In this document: positions 51,581 through 64,000 of the stretch, one piece after another
Position numbering within the stretch: the first letter of the stretch is position 1
Layout of the letters: each line of letters starts with the position of its first letter
NCBI GenBank assembly: GCA_003990765.1
Contig: RBNJ01000010.1
Coordinates: 1-64,000, forward strand
Length of the DNA: 64,000 nucleotides
Direction: 5' to 3'
Origin: Jimgerdemannia flammicorona
Taxonomy: Eukaryota
Notes under the pieces: generated by a model
Databases searched by the model: none
What the model saw: the letters and a program-made list of their open reading frames with translations, nothing else
What the model was told of the DNA's origin: nothing
Made by a program: the position numbers and the translations under genes

Positions 51581-53253
51581 GTAAATACCAGAGTTCAGTC
51601 TTTGACTAGAATGGTGACTTGATTGATGGAGTATAGGTCAAGACTAATGACTTCTTCTGATTGACATTGAGAGATCTGGATCTTCAGATGAAGCTTCTTG
51701 ATCTTGAGTTCAGATTGACTAGTGGTAGGGTTGATAGATATATCTTTAGACAATATAGTAACTGGTCTTGAGAGTTTGCTAGTCTTCTTAGGATATTTAG
51801 TTACAATGTGTTCTGTTTGATAACAGAAGAAATAAGCTCTAGATTTCTTTAGATAGTCTTTTTTTTCTAGAGTAAGCTTGGTATTCTTTTTATTTATAGC
51901 ATCTAGGTCCATTAGTGCTGGACCAACTGCTTTGGGTTGGTTCTTATAATAGTTCTCAAAATAGTCCTTCTTATAGTGCTCTGGTTCAAAGTAATTATTA
52001 AAGATATGTAATGATATCAAATCTATTGATAATTCTCATAGCTTTATTGAGGATCTGTAGCTCTTTTAACTTGACCTTGACTTTTGTATTTCCTTTCAGA
52101 TCTTAAATATAGTGGTCTATCTTTTCATCTTTAGATATTACTAGTAGTTTAAGTAGAATTGACAGAAATTATATATTGTAACTTTGTACAGACTTGAGTT
52201 GCTTGATATTTGCTAGTTTATCTCAGATTAGCTTAGTAATATTAGCAGACTTGAACTGCTGAAAAAGGGCCTCTTTGAAGGATTTCCAATCTTAGATTCT
52301 TGTATTTGAATAGATAGTAGTAGTTATAATATAATTGTATTATTAAATAACTGCATTTCCTCAGAGAAGTATAGTAGCAAATTAGACTTATATATCTTCT
52401 TCTATTCTTATAAGTTCAAAGTATTGGTCCAACTGAAAGGTCTATGCATCTGTGGTCAGTCCTCTTTAGTGACTATTGAAGGTATCTAGTTTGAGTAACT
52501 TAAAGCTAACTAATATAGTAGTAGGATATAATGTGGCTGCAGTTCTTGTTTTCTAATATTCTAGTTATACTTAAAGTAGTTAAATCTGATAGATCATAGA
52601 GATAATCATTTCCTCTAGATTGACTTGTAGTTCTATACTATCTACTTCTTTTGTGGTAGAGAGGTCTGGACAGTAAGCTGATTCTCTATAGCTTATTTTG
52701 TACTTATATGACTAGTTGTAACTAGTTTATAAATTTATATGAGATTTCTTAATAAGGTAAGATATAACTACCTACTGCTATCAAGTATAATAGTTTTAGT
52801 TTCTTTAAGAGAAAGCAGCTAAATCTAATAGTTCTAGTAAATTTAAAGTAGCTCAAAGAGATACTTGTAGATTTAAGTATTCTTAAAGGAATTCTGAGAG
52901 AAAATATTCTAAGCTTTATTTATATAGAGAACAAGAATATTTATATATATAAGATCTGAAAGAAAGATCTAGAAGAATCTTAGAAAAGAAGAGAAAAGCC
53001 AAGAAATAGATTTTTAGTAAAGATGACTAATAGTATTCTATAATATTTTAAAAGATTCTATAATTAGCTAAGATAAGATACTTAGTACCAAAAAAGATAA
53101 GAATGTTTTTATGATATCTTGATGCTAAGAAAATATTTCTAGGTATTTAGAAGATGCTGGAATATAGTAGAATATTTAAGAAAAGATAAGAAAAGATTAG
53201 AGAAAAGATATAAAAAAGTATTAAGACTAAAATATAACTGTGAAATTATTGCA

Positions 53254-53600
53254 ACTATATATACTTTATCTTATATTGATCTTAGTATCATATATATCTA
53301 ATACTCTCTAATCATAATACAGAATCAGTTTATAATAATCTGTATAAGACATATATACTTACTTATATTTGGTCTCAAGACTACAGTAGTATAGAATTTT
53401 ATAATTATAATTGAGTCTTCACTACTATGATATTAAATCAGTCTATAATGATCTATATAGAATATATCTATTTTGCACCTTATCTCTAGACTGTAGTAGT
53501 ACAGGATTTTATAATCATAGTTTAGTATAGTCTACTATAATATAGAATTAATCTATAATAATCTATATAGAACATATCTTATATCAATTATCTTCACTAT
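53254..53600. repeat. Degenerate AT-rich tandem repeat (~115-bp unit) flanking E; related sequence at ~30634-30760
   Basis: Recurrent AGACT(A/G)(C/T)AGTAGTA.AG.ATTTTATAAT.ATA and TATAAT.ATCT.TATA.A blocks. Confidence 0.55.
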
Positions 53601-54299
53601 TATATAACTTTTACTCCCACCCACCTCTCTATTTATATATATATATATTATATATTGAGTTCTTTGAAACTAACTGATATAATATATTTAAGACAGAATA
53701 TTTCTCATATATACATTTGTCCAAATATATAAATATATACTTATTTAATTTATTATTATATATAATTTGATATAAGGATAACAGCTGTGAGAGAGTATAG
53801 GTTATATAAGATGAGAATTTAATAATAAATTCTTCAGACTTAATCTAGTAAATAGACTAAATCAATAGACTTCTCTTTATATCAGAAAGTAGATTAGAGT
53901 AAAATTAGACAAAACTCATAATCTCCTAAATAGTGGCTTTAGAGTAGGTATTTCTCCTAAGTATTGTAATTTTTTTTTTTTAGAATTAAGTAGCTCTTGG
54001 TAGACATATCTCTTAAAGTATATTAGGCAGACTTATCTTTTGCTTTTGAACTTTTTGGACTGAGGTTTATTCACTCAAATCTCAGAAATATTTTATATAA
54101 ATATGATTGCTATCTAGTTGCTATCAGAGTAATTATAGAATATACTCCTTTCTCTACTATCTTACCAATTACAAGATTTGGTAGACAACCTTCCAAGTCT
54201 ACTTTCTATAACTAATATCTCCTCTACCTTGAATTGGTTTGCTATATCTATTGTAGGATAGTAGAAGGGAGGCAATGATGATAAGTTGTCTCTTTATTA

Positions 54300-55899
54300 T
54301 AGTGACAGCCAAAACTGTAACAATATTTAGTTATTTTTTATATATAATTATATTATAGCTTCAATATAAATACAATAAAATCCAAATTTTTACCATTAAT
54401 AATATAGTATCTTAGCTTTTGAATAGTATATTTTTTATTTTATTTGGATAAATATAGATATTAATATAACCATTTTAAGTTATATTACCATTGTTACAGT
54501 TTTGACCCTCTTGGCCATCCAAATCTGTTTGGGTTCACCACATGCTATTAAGTTGGGCTATAATTATCCACTTTTACTACAGTGTTGTTTCAGACATTCT
54601 TTACTACTCTATGGTGCTTTGCCATCATTTTCAAGCAATGAAAAAGCTTTCTGTCGACATTCATAACCATATCATCCACTTACTGCAATCTGGTTTATCC
54701 ACATGTAAGATTGCCAAAGAAACCAATGTGAGTGTGATGACAGTAAACCATGTAAAAACGGTGTATTGCAACAATATTCCTTCATCAAAAGGTGGTCATC
54801 CAGCTATGTTTTCAGCCCAGAATGAAGCATGGATTACCTGCCAAGTTATAATTGGCAAAGCAGATAATGTCACCAGAGTCATAAAAGCCCTTCAAGAAAG
54901 TGGCAAAAAGGCGAGTCTTAGTATGATAAAACGAATGCTCTGAAAGACTGGCCTCAAAGCATACGTAAAGCAAAAGAAACCACTTTTGCTGCCTCACCAC
55001 ATAAAGGTGCGCTATGAATTTGCCATGAAATACAAGCATTGGACAGTTGCCAACTGGAAAACCATTGTGTTTTCTGATGAAATGAAGATTAACCATTTGG
55101 GCTCCAATGGATGCAAATGGATATGGCATAAATCAGGCAGTGGTGGAGAGCTCCAACCAAACCAGGTGACTGGAATGCTAAAATTCAGTAGTGGATCATT
55201 AATGCTTTGGGGATATATGACATACAAGGGCATTGGATATATATGCCAAATCGAAGGCCGAATGAATGCCGAATTATATACTAGTATCCTTAGTGATAAA
55301 TTGCTTTGAACGATCAAGTATTACAAACTTAATCAAAAAAAGATCACCTTCCAACAGGATAATGATTCCAAATATACATCCAAAATGGCATGCGAATGGT
55401 TCAAAAACAACTCTATCCACATGTTAGACTGGCCAGCACAATCGCCAGACTTCAACCCCATCGAACATTTATGGTGTGAACTTAAAAAATGGTTGAATGC
55501 ATACGATGAACTACCTAAAGGAATGCTGGAATTATGGGAGTGCATACAGCATGTATGGAATAATATTCCTAAAGATGTTTGTATCAAATTAATTGAAAGT
55601 ATGCCCAGGCGCATTGCAGCAGTATATAAAGCCAAAGGTAGATATGTTAAATACTAAATAAAAATAAATAAGAGGTTTGGATGGCCAAGAGGGTCAAAAC
55701 TGTAACAATAGTAATATAACTTAAAATGGTTATATTAATGTCTATATTTATCCAAATAAAATAAAAAATATATCATTCAAAAGCTGAGATACTATATTAT
55801 TAATGATAAAAATTTGGATTTTATTATATTTATATTGAAGCTATAATATAATTATATATAAAAAATAACTAAACATTGTTACAGTTTTGGCTATCACTA
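54300..55899 (+). mobile_element. Tc1/mariner DNA transposon with 224-bp TIRs (54300-54523, 55676-55899)
   Basis: TA duplication at 54298-54299 and 55900-55901; termini TAGTG/CACTA (decayed CAGTG); near-identical long inverted repeats. Confidence 0.96.
54638..55657 (+). pseudogene. DD34E Tc1-family transposase (339 codons, TGA stops at 54941 and 55307)
   Basis: VFSDE, FQQDN-(34 aa)-SPDFNPIE; one frame. Confidence 0.95.
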
Positions 55900-55901
55900 T
55901 A

Positions 55902-57263
55902 GTATCAGATCAGTATCTTCTCTACTTTTTTATAATTTCTAGTATCTTTAGCTATATTTAGAGTATACTCATTTTGGTGTAGTACTTTCTTTCTTTTGCT
56001 ATCATCAATAAGATATTATCTGAAGTATCACAGGCTATATATAGAGTTGGCCAATCTTGGGTATCAAGTGCTAGTATAGATTATCTACAGATCTTCAATA
56101 TCTATAGTAGAGCCCTCTGAGCTTTGGTGAGCTTCTCAGTAAGTGCAGTTCTGCCATAGATGACTACTTTTTGGATAGAGTCAGAATGGGAGGGGAGATG
56201 GCCATCACAGATAAGAGAAAGAGTAATTATAGTAAATTAGTAGGATACCAGACTGGGGGCAGTCATTAGAACTGAGGTAAGTACTGCATTGGTGGGGCCT
56301 TCTGATTGTTATAGGGTAGTTAGATAGTAGATATTACTCTTGGCTTCTTTTAGCAATTCATGAAGTTGGGTCCTAGTTATTGAAAGAGATTGGAGGGCCC
56401 AAGACTACCCATTTTAGATATCTTGACTACACTTAACTGGAACTGGAAACTGATATAGTAATGTGATTGAGGCTCATAGGCTTGAGTAGTAGAGTATTGG
56501 GGGTCTTCTCTCACCTTACATATAAGTTCTTTACTTATCTCATCTGAGAGAATCAGGCCCTACTTACTGTGCCATACTTTGATAACAATTTTTCTTTATC
56601 TGTCATTCTCCTTGGGGTAGCAGAGGCTATTCTATTTAGCTTGGGTGTGGCCTTATATATATGTTGGGGTTTCAGGCATGTACCTTCAGTTGTAGGCATA
56701 TGGTTATTCCCTCCTGGTAGTAGAGAGAGCATAGTGTACAGAATGAGATACAGGCAATAATGCCCTACTATATCTGATATGGTTGAGCTGCTAGACAATA
56801 GCTAGCCTAGGTTAATGGAGATATAGTGCTTGGGAGGTAGTGAGGGAGGGTTTCAGCCTATATAGTCTAGGTTCTCTTCCAATAAAATCCATGAGACTTT
56901 GGGTAGGTTAAAAAAAAAAAAAAAGATAATTATAGAATGTGCAGTAAGGCTAGTTTAGAAAAGTGTTTCTTGTAAGACAGGTGTTCTGCTTGAGATGAGT
57001 ATTCCAGTTGGAACAGGTGTTCCACTTGGGATAGATATTCCAGTTGGAACAGGTATTCCACTTGGGATGAAATCAATATGCCTGATTTGGTACACCTGGT
57101 TATTTATACAAATTGTAGTGCATGTGGTTAACTATGTGGGGTAACTATGCTATGTGTTCTTTGTACATCATCTGGCTATATTATAGTGTTCGCTCATCAC
57201 ACTAATAAGGTCACGATTGCCTTATGATTGCCTTATAATTGCTTTATTATAATGGGTGCTGCA
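55902..57263 (-). mobile_element. Probable further LTR-element remnant (possible LTR 56971-57263 plus gag-like sequence; probably continues at ~53.8-54.3 kb, left of the Tc1)
   Basis: CpG-depleted; TG...CA-bounded segment with TATAAATA on the minus strand and internal repeats; no partner LTR in the window. Confidence 0.4.
56976..57068. repeat. 36-bp tandem repeat, about 2.6 units
   Basis: GAACAGGTGTTCCACTTGGGATAGATATTCCAGTTG repeated. Confidence 0.8.
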
Positions 57264-59860
57264 AGAGATGTTCTAAAGATTAGTCTCACTCATCGGTTAC
57301 TGTATCCAAATAATTAGTTTGCTTCCTTTTACAGCTTTTCACAATTGATTTGTTTTTTCTCCTATCTCTCTGGGCGGGGGTGGGAGCTTTGTAAGATCTC
57401 TAAATGATAGCTCGATTGGGAAGTTCAAATACTCCAAACATTGTATTGTAATTACACTGTGATCAGATGGGGATAGCCTTGGTGTGGCACTTTCGCTTTG
57501 GGCGATAACAGGAGTTGAAACAATAGGAGCTAGTGCAATAGACGTTGAGAATGTGCAACAGTTTTATATCCAATAGTTGCCGGGTCGTATCCGCGGAGAC
57601 GTATATATATACTATTGAAAATTCGATGGCACAGCGTTTTGGTCGTTTAACGTTCCAAACCAGAAGTTCACATACATATTTTCTTAATTTGGCACGATAT
57701 ACATTGTCTATAACTGGTCATTACACAGCATATTTGGGTAACTTTTCTGTGCTCACGGCACCAGGGTTATAGTGGCTAGCAAAAAAAAAAAAAAACCTGT
57801 GTTCGAGTCTGCACCAATTCCGTCACCGATGTGCTCCAAATAAACGTAGATCGCATACTTGCAAGGTGATTTTTTCTCTTGACCATGATCTGGGACCCCT
57901 TTTCGAACGTAAAAGATCATTTCCAGATCCAGATTCAGATCAAGCAACCCCAATCAATACTTACGTAATAGAATCCGCGTGATGTCTGTGCAAATACCAG
58001 GGCGGGTTGTTTCGAAAATTATTGGTGTGGCGCCCTGGACCCATTCTGTCGTATCTCTTAGCAGCGATAATGCTATAGATCTAGTTCGCATGAATGGTCA
58101 ATAGTTGAGAGTATTTGGTGGACCCAGTAATGTGCCTCCGTCCACAAAACTCAGAGTATATACAAACTTGAGCTTCCCATTTTTCTGTCGGCTCGGGCAA
58201 GGGGACGACCACGAAGTGGCGCTTGTATGAACTACCAGTGATCAGTGATAAATGGGCTAAGGACAATGTCGACCAACTTTATTTGTCGGTTTTCACCCGT
58301 TTTTTTTTTTTTATTTTTTTATTTTTTTTATCTCAAACATTGGGATGTCATAATATCCCTGTCCTGATGACATACAAAAAGTACCGACATTTCATAATCA
58401 AAATTCTTATTCTCGACGGATTGTCCAACCACAAAGAAATGGGTTCACTCGATCAATATCTATTCGCCGCTCTGTAGGGTTTTATGTGCATATGCGTTTT
58501 CTTTTGTTTCTCACCCTAGGTTTCTCCACGTTTTCTCGCCTCTACTTTTGGCAAAGTTATCCATATTCGTCTGACTAGCAGTACGACCTAGTTGTCTCGG
58601 CAATGTTGACAAGCCGGTTACACCAGCGGATACAAAAAAACCGGCATCACGGTTCCATAGGTCCATGTATGAGATCGAGTGTCACAACTCAAGGGTTCTG
58701 CTGTTGGATAATTCACGGTTGTTCTTGCAAAAAATGCCCGTGCAAATTACAGCGTCGTTGGCGTAATCGTACGTTTTATTTTTATACCACGCCATATTCG
58801 TCATTTCGACATTTCTCGAAACACTTTAATGTATTGTTGTTGTCGGTGGCTACCGATACTGCTCTCGACGATTTTTGGGGTTCTCGGATGATACATTTTC
58901 TCCAGGAAAATGATTTCTTCTGTGAAAGCCCTTGCTCTACGGAAAAACAAACCCGATGCGAGGTCAGACCCGCCATGCTAGTCCAACTCTTTATGGCAAA
59001 TTCGACCAAAAAGACATGATGCATGGTGAAACCAACCAAACTTCGGCTCAGAAATTGCATGTCCCATCAAAAACATCAAAACCCTTTCTGGGAGAAAATG
59101 ATCAGACTGTTTTTTTTTTTTTTTCTCGGACAATGGTTTGCTATGCAGCGATCCTAATTTGCACAGGATTGCTGTTCTTGGCCAAAGGGCTCCACCGCTT
59201 CGAGAACTCACTTCCTTGTAAGCTTCCTATCCGACTTGTTAAAGCCTCATTTAGGGTTTGCCTCATTTAGGGTTTGGTTCCGTCGCGATGTCTTCAATTT
59301 CTTTCATTTCCGATGACTCAGTGGGCCATTTTGTCCGATCGCAAGGGCATGTGAATAGTCCCAGCCTGGCTTGTTCCGGCCGTTTTTCGCTTGAGAGACA
59401 TGTGGGCAACATTCATCAAAAAGCCGAAATTGCTGCAGGTGCAGAAAATATATTGAGAGATGTAATGATACTTCTATTTATCAATGAGCGAGGTGTGAGA
59501 CCCAGACATGGATACAGACAAACGGCGTACAAAATCAGGAAGTATACAGCATAGCGGTAGAACAAGTGGTCCCAGATAGTTGAAGGTTCCAATGAACTTT
59601 GCACGCGGGGATATTCATAGTTAAATGGAAGCTATATAACCCAAGATGCCATATGTACAAATTATTCGAGACAAGAAAAATTAACAAAAAGAAAAGAAAA
59701 GCTTTTGTTGGTAGGTTAGTCTACTTGCGCATCGACTAAGGCAAAAAATTATCTTATGAAGGAGAGGAAGGAGTCGAAGCAGCAGTGTAGAATTGTTCAT
59801 AAGTCATCGATAATAAAATAACCGAATGTGGCTCAGAAACGACCTCCGTAAGCACCGAAT

Positions 59861-61240
59861 TTAATAGTGGCAGGCGCTTCCGTTCTGCTTTTCAAGTCCC
59901 ATCATCTTGGAAGGGGCGTCACCTGCATGGAGCATCGAGGCAGAATAGGGTGCCATTTGTGGGTAACCATTGGGAACTCCGTAAGGTTGTGGAAAGGCTG
60001 ACGCGGTCGGTGCCCCCGTTTGGAACGCAAGCTTGACCAGCATCGGACCCGAGGTGCGCGCCTGTTGAGGGCCAATATGTAAATGCTCCACTCCAGGCAA
60101 CGAGATGGGCCGAAGGGTGATTTGTTCGGGCTGCTGTGGGGAATGATACCCGTTGGGCGAGTTCGGCACGGAGTAGGTACGAGGAGCTGACGTAGGGTAC
60201 ATGCGCGGAGAGCTGGGGAGCGAACAGGGCGATCTGGGGAGTGCAGGTATCGACAGGTTAAACTGATGGTGAGGCTCGAGCGTGGCTGCCGGGGTCAGTG
60301 TGTCGGCGGAGTTGGGATGCTTTTGGTACCGGGTGTATATTCCGAAGGGGCTTGCGGGATCGACTGGTTCGAGATGAATCACCGGGACCGAAGAGATGGC
60401 TGGTGCAGGGGACGTCTTGTCAGTGTCCTCATTGGACACTGATTTCTCGACTGGTTCTGGAGTACGCGGACTAGATCCGTCTCGAGTAACCCCCAGTTCC
60501 TGACGTAATGAGCGATTTTCAGATTGCAGTTCCTAAATTGACATATGTCAGTGAGATTAGATTTGGAAGAGTGATTGAAATGATAATCTAGAGGACGAAG
60601 GAGACTAACCTTGATATGCTCCAACGCCAGTCTCAAGATGTTGCCCTTGTTTGGCTTCTGGCCAGGTTGGAATGCGTTAGGCACAACCTCGGAGATTTCA
60701 AAAATTGTGTGGTTAATATTGTCTCGGCGGCGCCTTTCCACGTAGTTGTGGTTTTCACGACGACGCTTGAGACGCTCCATCGCAACGTTGCTATCCAAGC
60801 TATTCCTGTAACGCAAAATACCAAATATATTTATATTGGTCAGATCGATGACTGATAATGACGTATTTTACATAATACCGCCGTACGCACCTGTTCAGAA
60901 TATTGACGCCATTAACTTTGTACGTGGTATTTTTCTTCGCCTTCGGTTTCTTCTTGGTGGCCGTCTGAGGCGACAGATCAGGCGTGAAATTCAGGAACAG
61001 TGGCTGATTGCTATTTATGCGTTCCTTGATATCAAGTTCATCATCATCGGACACTTCTTCGTCATCTTCAAACCGGGGCGAGGAGGCGCGGGAGGAGGGC
61101 GCCGACGAGTCATAGTAGGTGAAATCGTAGACAGATGGATTGTGGAGAGTTGGGGGGTGCGAGGCGGTGATGGTGAATTGGTGTTGTCCTTTCGAGAAGG
61201 TGTTAGAGAACGTCATGGTGGAGTCGATGGCAGGAGACAT
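59861..61240 (-). CDS. bHLH-leucine zipper transcription factor (USF/MiT/Cbf1-like group), 405 aa; exons 61240-60891, 60805-60610, 60532-59861
   Basis: RRENHNYVERRRRDNIN...PNKGNILRLALEHIKELQSENRSLRQEL; GT-AG introns 60890-60806 and 60609-60533 give a stop-free 1218-nt CDS. Confidence 0.93.
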
Positions 61241-63146
61241 CCTAGGCTAGTTTGAGGGTTTTGCTACAGGAGCGGGCCCAGTGCGGGGCGGTATTATATA
61301 GGAGAGGGCGTTTGTTAGTGACAGATGGAAATCAAGGAGTAATAAGCCAGATGGAGAAATACGAACACATGCGCCATTTTATTTTATTTTTTGTCCTTCT
61401 AGGAATGGACGGTCCGTTTAGTCAATTTGTCGGAGCACATGGCTAGTTTTGCTCCAAACCGCACCCTGATAATTGGTGGTACAGCTGGACGACGGGACCG
61501 TGTAGATTGTAGTTATTTTTGCCCGATGAAGGATAATCCGTTAAAAAAAGAGATCATCTGACATAGCCACAAATGTCGGTGACCACCTGGATTTATGACG
61601 AGTATTCCGTATTCCTTGCACGGTCAAATGCCGGAAATTTGAATCCCAGCTAACCTGTTTAGAATATATGTATAATCGTGCTGGAAATACTATATCGGCG
61701 ACACTTATTCTGTAACACTACATTACATAGGAGCTGTGGATCGGTAAGTACATGTCCACATCGAAAAGCTCCAAAGTTCTGGAGCACAAGACAAATAGGG
61801 TGCCAACAACGATCGTCATGTTTATACGGCGCCTGCAAGTAAACGGGCCGCATAACATCACATGCACCAAGCAATGAACATTCATTTCACAGTCAGCTCA
61901 GCCCGGCTCGGGGCGCTTCTTCGATGCTTCTGCCATTAAAGAACGGCATTCAAATCGGGAATAGGTTACAACGAAGAGAATATGGCAAAACAAAATATAT
62001 TTAGTAATTCACTAAGGGACGATTCCAACCCAGACATGGGTTCCGAGGCTTTCATTGACAAAGTGCGGAAGCACCCTGACGCAGCCGCATGATTTGTTTT
62101 GCGCACCTGTGCCAAATTTCGTGAACATTATCATGTGCATAATTTGGGTGAAGGCAACAAATAGAAACGCCGCGCCCGGCAATTTGTGGTCGGCCATCTC
62201 GCATCTAAGCCGATCCGAAACGTGTTGAAGGCACCATACAAACGCGGCTGTATTTCCCAAATCATCGTTGGCAAAATTGGTTCTTGTCCTCCCAAGGCAC
62301 CGAGGGTCATAGCCTTTCCCGAAATGTCCGCACCTGTCATTGGCCCAAATCGAACATCATTTGCTTGCTAGCCACTGGGAATCCAAGCCGTTTGGTGCAG
62401 TGGAAGACCCCATTTCTATTGGAACGAATATACCCAGTTTTAGTTTTAGTTTGTTTTGTTTTTGGTTTTTTGTTTTTCCCTGTAGCCTTCCATTTGATAT
62501 CTGCCTTTGATTTAAACCGAGCCTCACGGAGACAAGCGCCATTGGCTAAGACGTTATGCAGTTTGTGTCATATTGAATCTGCGGTATGATGTGCGCCGAA
62601 AGAATGGAAAAATGACGGGAAGGACTGGTAAAATTACGCGCACGTCCTGCTCCGTCCCGTCGGGCCCACGGCGATGGTTTGTAGTGTCCGTGCTCGGTTG
62701 TTGACTGACGTCAGGGTGGAGCACGTTTTACAGTTGGGCCCAGCCGCCTTTTGAACCATAACAAGGAGTGAAGCGGTCTCCTCACTGCAACACGCATTCC
62801 CAGGCAGCGAGATGATTCGGCAGAAGAGTGCCATATGCGGGGAAATAATTACGGTTTACAAGATCTGATAAAAACGGAACTAAATAAATGCGGAACCAAA
62901 AAAAATCACGCTTTCTTTAGCTCCGTGGTGCAGTACAGATTCCCTGGACTGGGCAGCTTCTCAATGGTCCATAGCACGCGGACATCAAGATGCTAAATGA
63001 ATGTTGGTAGGCCGCTCGATGGTACTTGCATGCGGACACAGACTGATGTTTAGCGAGTCTCCTCACTCCTATCCGACCTCGCGGTGATCGAGCCAGATAC
63101 GCCGAGATGGTCAGATGTAACCTTGATAGCATCTGTGGACATGCTC

Positions 63147-63179
<33 letters not shown>

Positions 63180-64000
63180 GTGCCAGCGCCCAGGTATATT
63201 TGCGTGTATTACCAGATGGTCGGCCCAACCGCAGAGGTATAAATGCCAACAACGACTGTTCCAGTTGGTATTTCTGTTGCAAAATGGTGAATCAGGGAGA
63301 AAAATGACAAGATAGGGCCACATGGTCCGTGCCGATAAAGTTATTGGAGGGGTGTCCAGATGTTCGATGACCGTGGGGCGTATAGAATTAAAAGACGCAA
63401 TATATAGATTAGAGTAAAGATAAACATAAAATATCCCGAAATCCACACACATGAAGATAAGAAAAATCACGTTCAAAAGCTGCTTTGCACCGCTCGAAAA
63501 GGCAGATGGCCAACAGCTATCATGCCATACACAAAAATTATCCATGTACCGTCCGCGCCCCACCCCACCCTACCCGACTCTCGTGAGACGCCACGTACGC
63601 GTACAAACATCAATATAAGTTTGGGAAACCTGATTTAATGTTCCGTGGCGCCCATCTTTCCTGTTGGCGGTGTCACGAATCGGGGGAGGGAAACACGATC
63701 GCTCACACCCCGCCGATCCGCACCCCTGTAGAAGGCCACTCTATACTCCGAATCTCCGAATGGCGCGATGAGGGATGGGACGGAGATTATGTGTGGATTT
63801 TTTTTATTCCGATTCCTATTTTATCACCACGAGGACTTTAGCTCCATTCCCGAATTATCCACGATGCCCGAATTCCCCGCATCGTGCTTCTCAAGATTGC
63901 GTAACACTGGGCCCCTGAGGCAATGGTGGGTACAGCAAAACGCTCTGTCCCCCATCCTCTGGCACCGTAGCTCCCCACCTTCCTCTGTAAAGTCATCGAG

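Larger units (their letters stand above)
36253..53253 (-). mobile_element. Chromovirus-type Ty3/gypsy E (5' LTR 52786-53253, gag ~51597-52740, pol 42339-45712, chromodomain 36253-36554), split by two LINEs; no dUTPase seen
   Basis: Decayed PBS TGATAGCAGTAGG; gag GPALMDLD..YFFCYQTEH; RT YLDNILV; chromodomain EYLVK(W)MDYPEYDTDWKPLVNL. Confidence 0.88.

Noticed and set aside
57300-59860. Short ORFs downstream of the bHLH gene
   Set aside because: No recognisable domains, homopolymer runs, no convincing splice model; treated as intergenic or UTR.
61241-64000. Short ORFs upstream of the bHLH gene
   Set aside because: No recognisable domains and long poly(T) runs; probably promoter or intergenic sequence, though small exons cannot be excluded.

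Overview
Eukaryotic, almost certainly fungal DNA; the one host gene resembles bHLH proteins I associate with Mucoromycota, which is an inference. Positions 1-57.2 kb are a CpG-depleted, C>T/G>A-decayed nest of transposons. It holds two full-length non-chromodomain Ty3/gypsy elements (A 300-9043, B 15551-22224, both with ATAT target duplications), three chromovirus-type Ty3/gypsy families (C in two head-to-head copies, D nested in C, and E), two full-length L1/Tx1-like LINEs inside E, a DD34E Tc1 element and a further LTR-element remnant. A clean 6.3-kb inversion (29964-36252) scrambles C, D and E. From about 57.2 kb the DNA is CpG-normal and carries one 3-exon bHLH-ZIP gene. Reading through the decay stops reveals an accessory toolkit shared by A-D: (i) an uncharacterised ORF family ('ORF-X') after integrase or inside the LTR, usually with its own TATA box; (ii) a dUTPase in two different polyprotein positions, always next to a CPH..C..H..CxxC module; (iii) in A and B, integrase in the +1 frame behind a conserved CCC-TGA-A, a candidate programmed +1 frameshift. 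All translations and alignments were done by eye and no database was searched, so novelty is untested.
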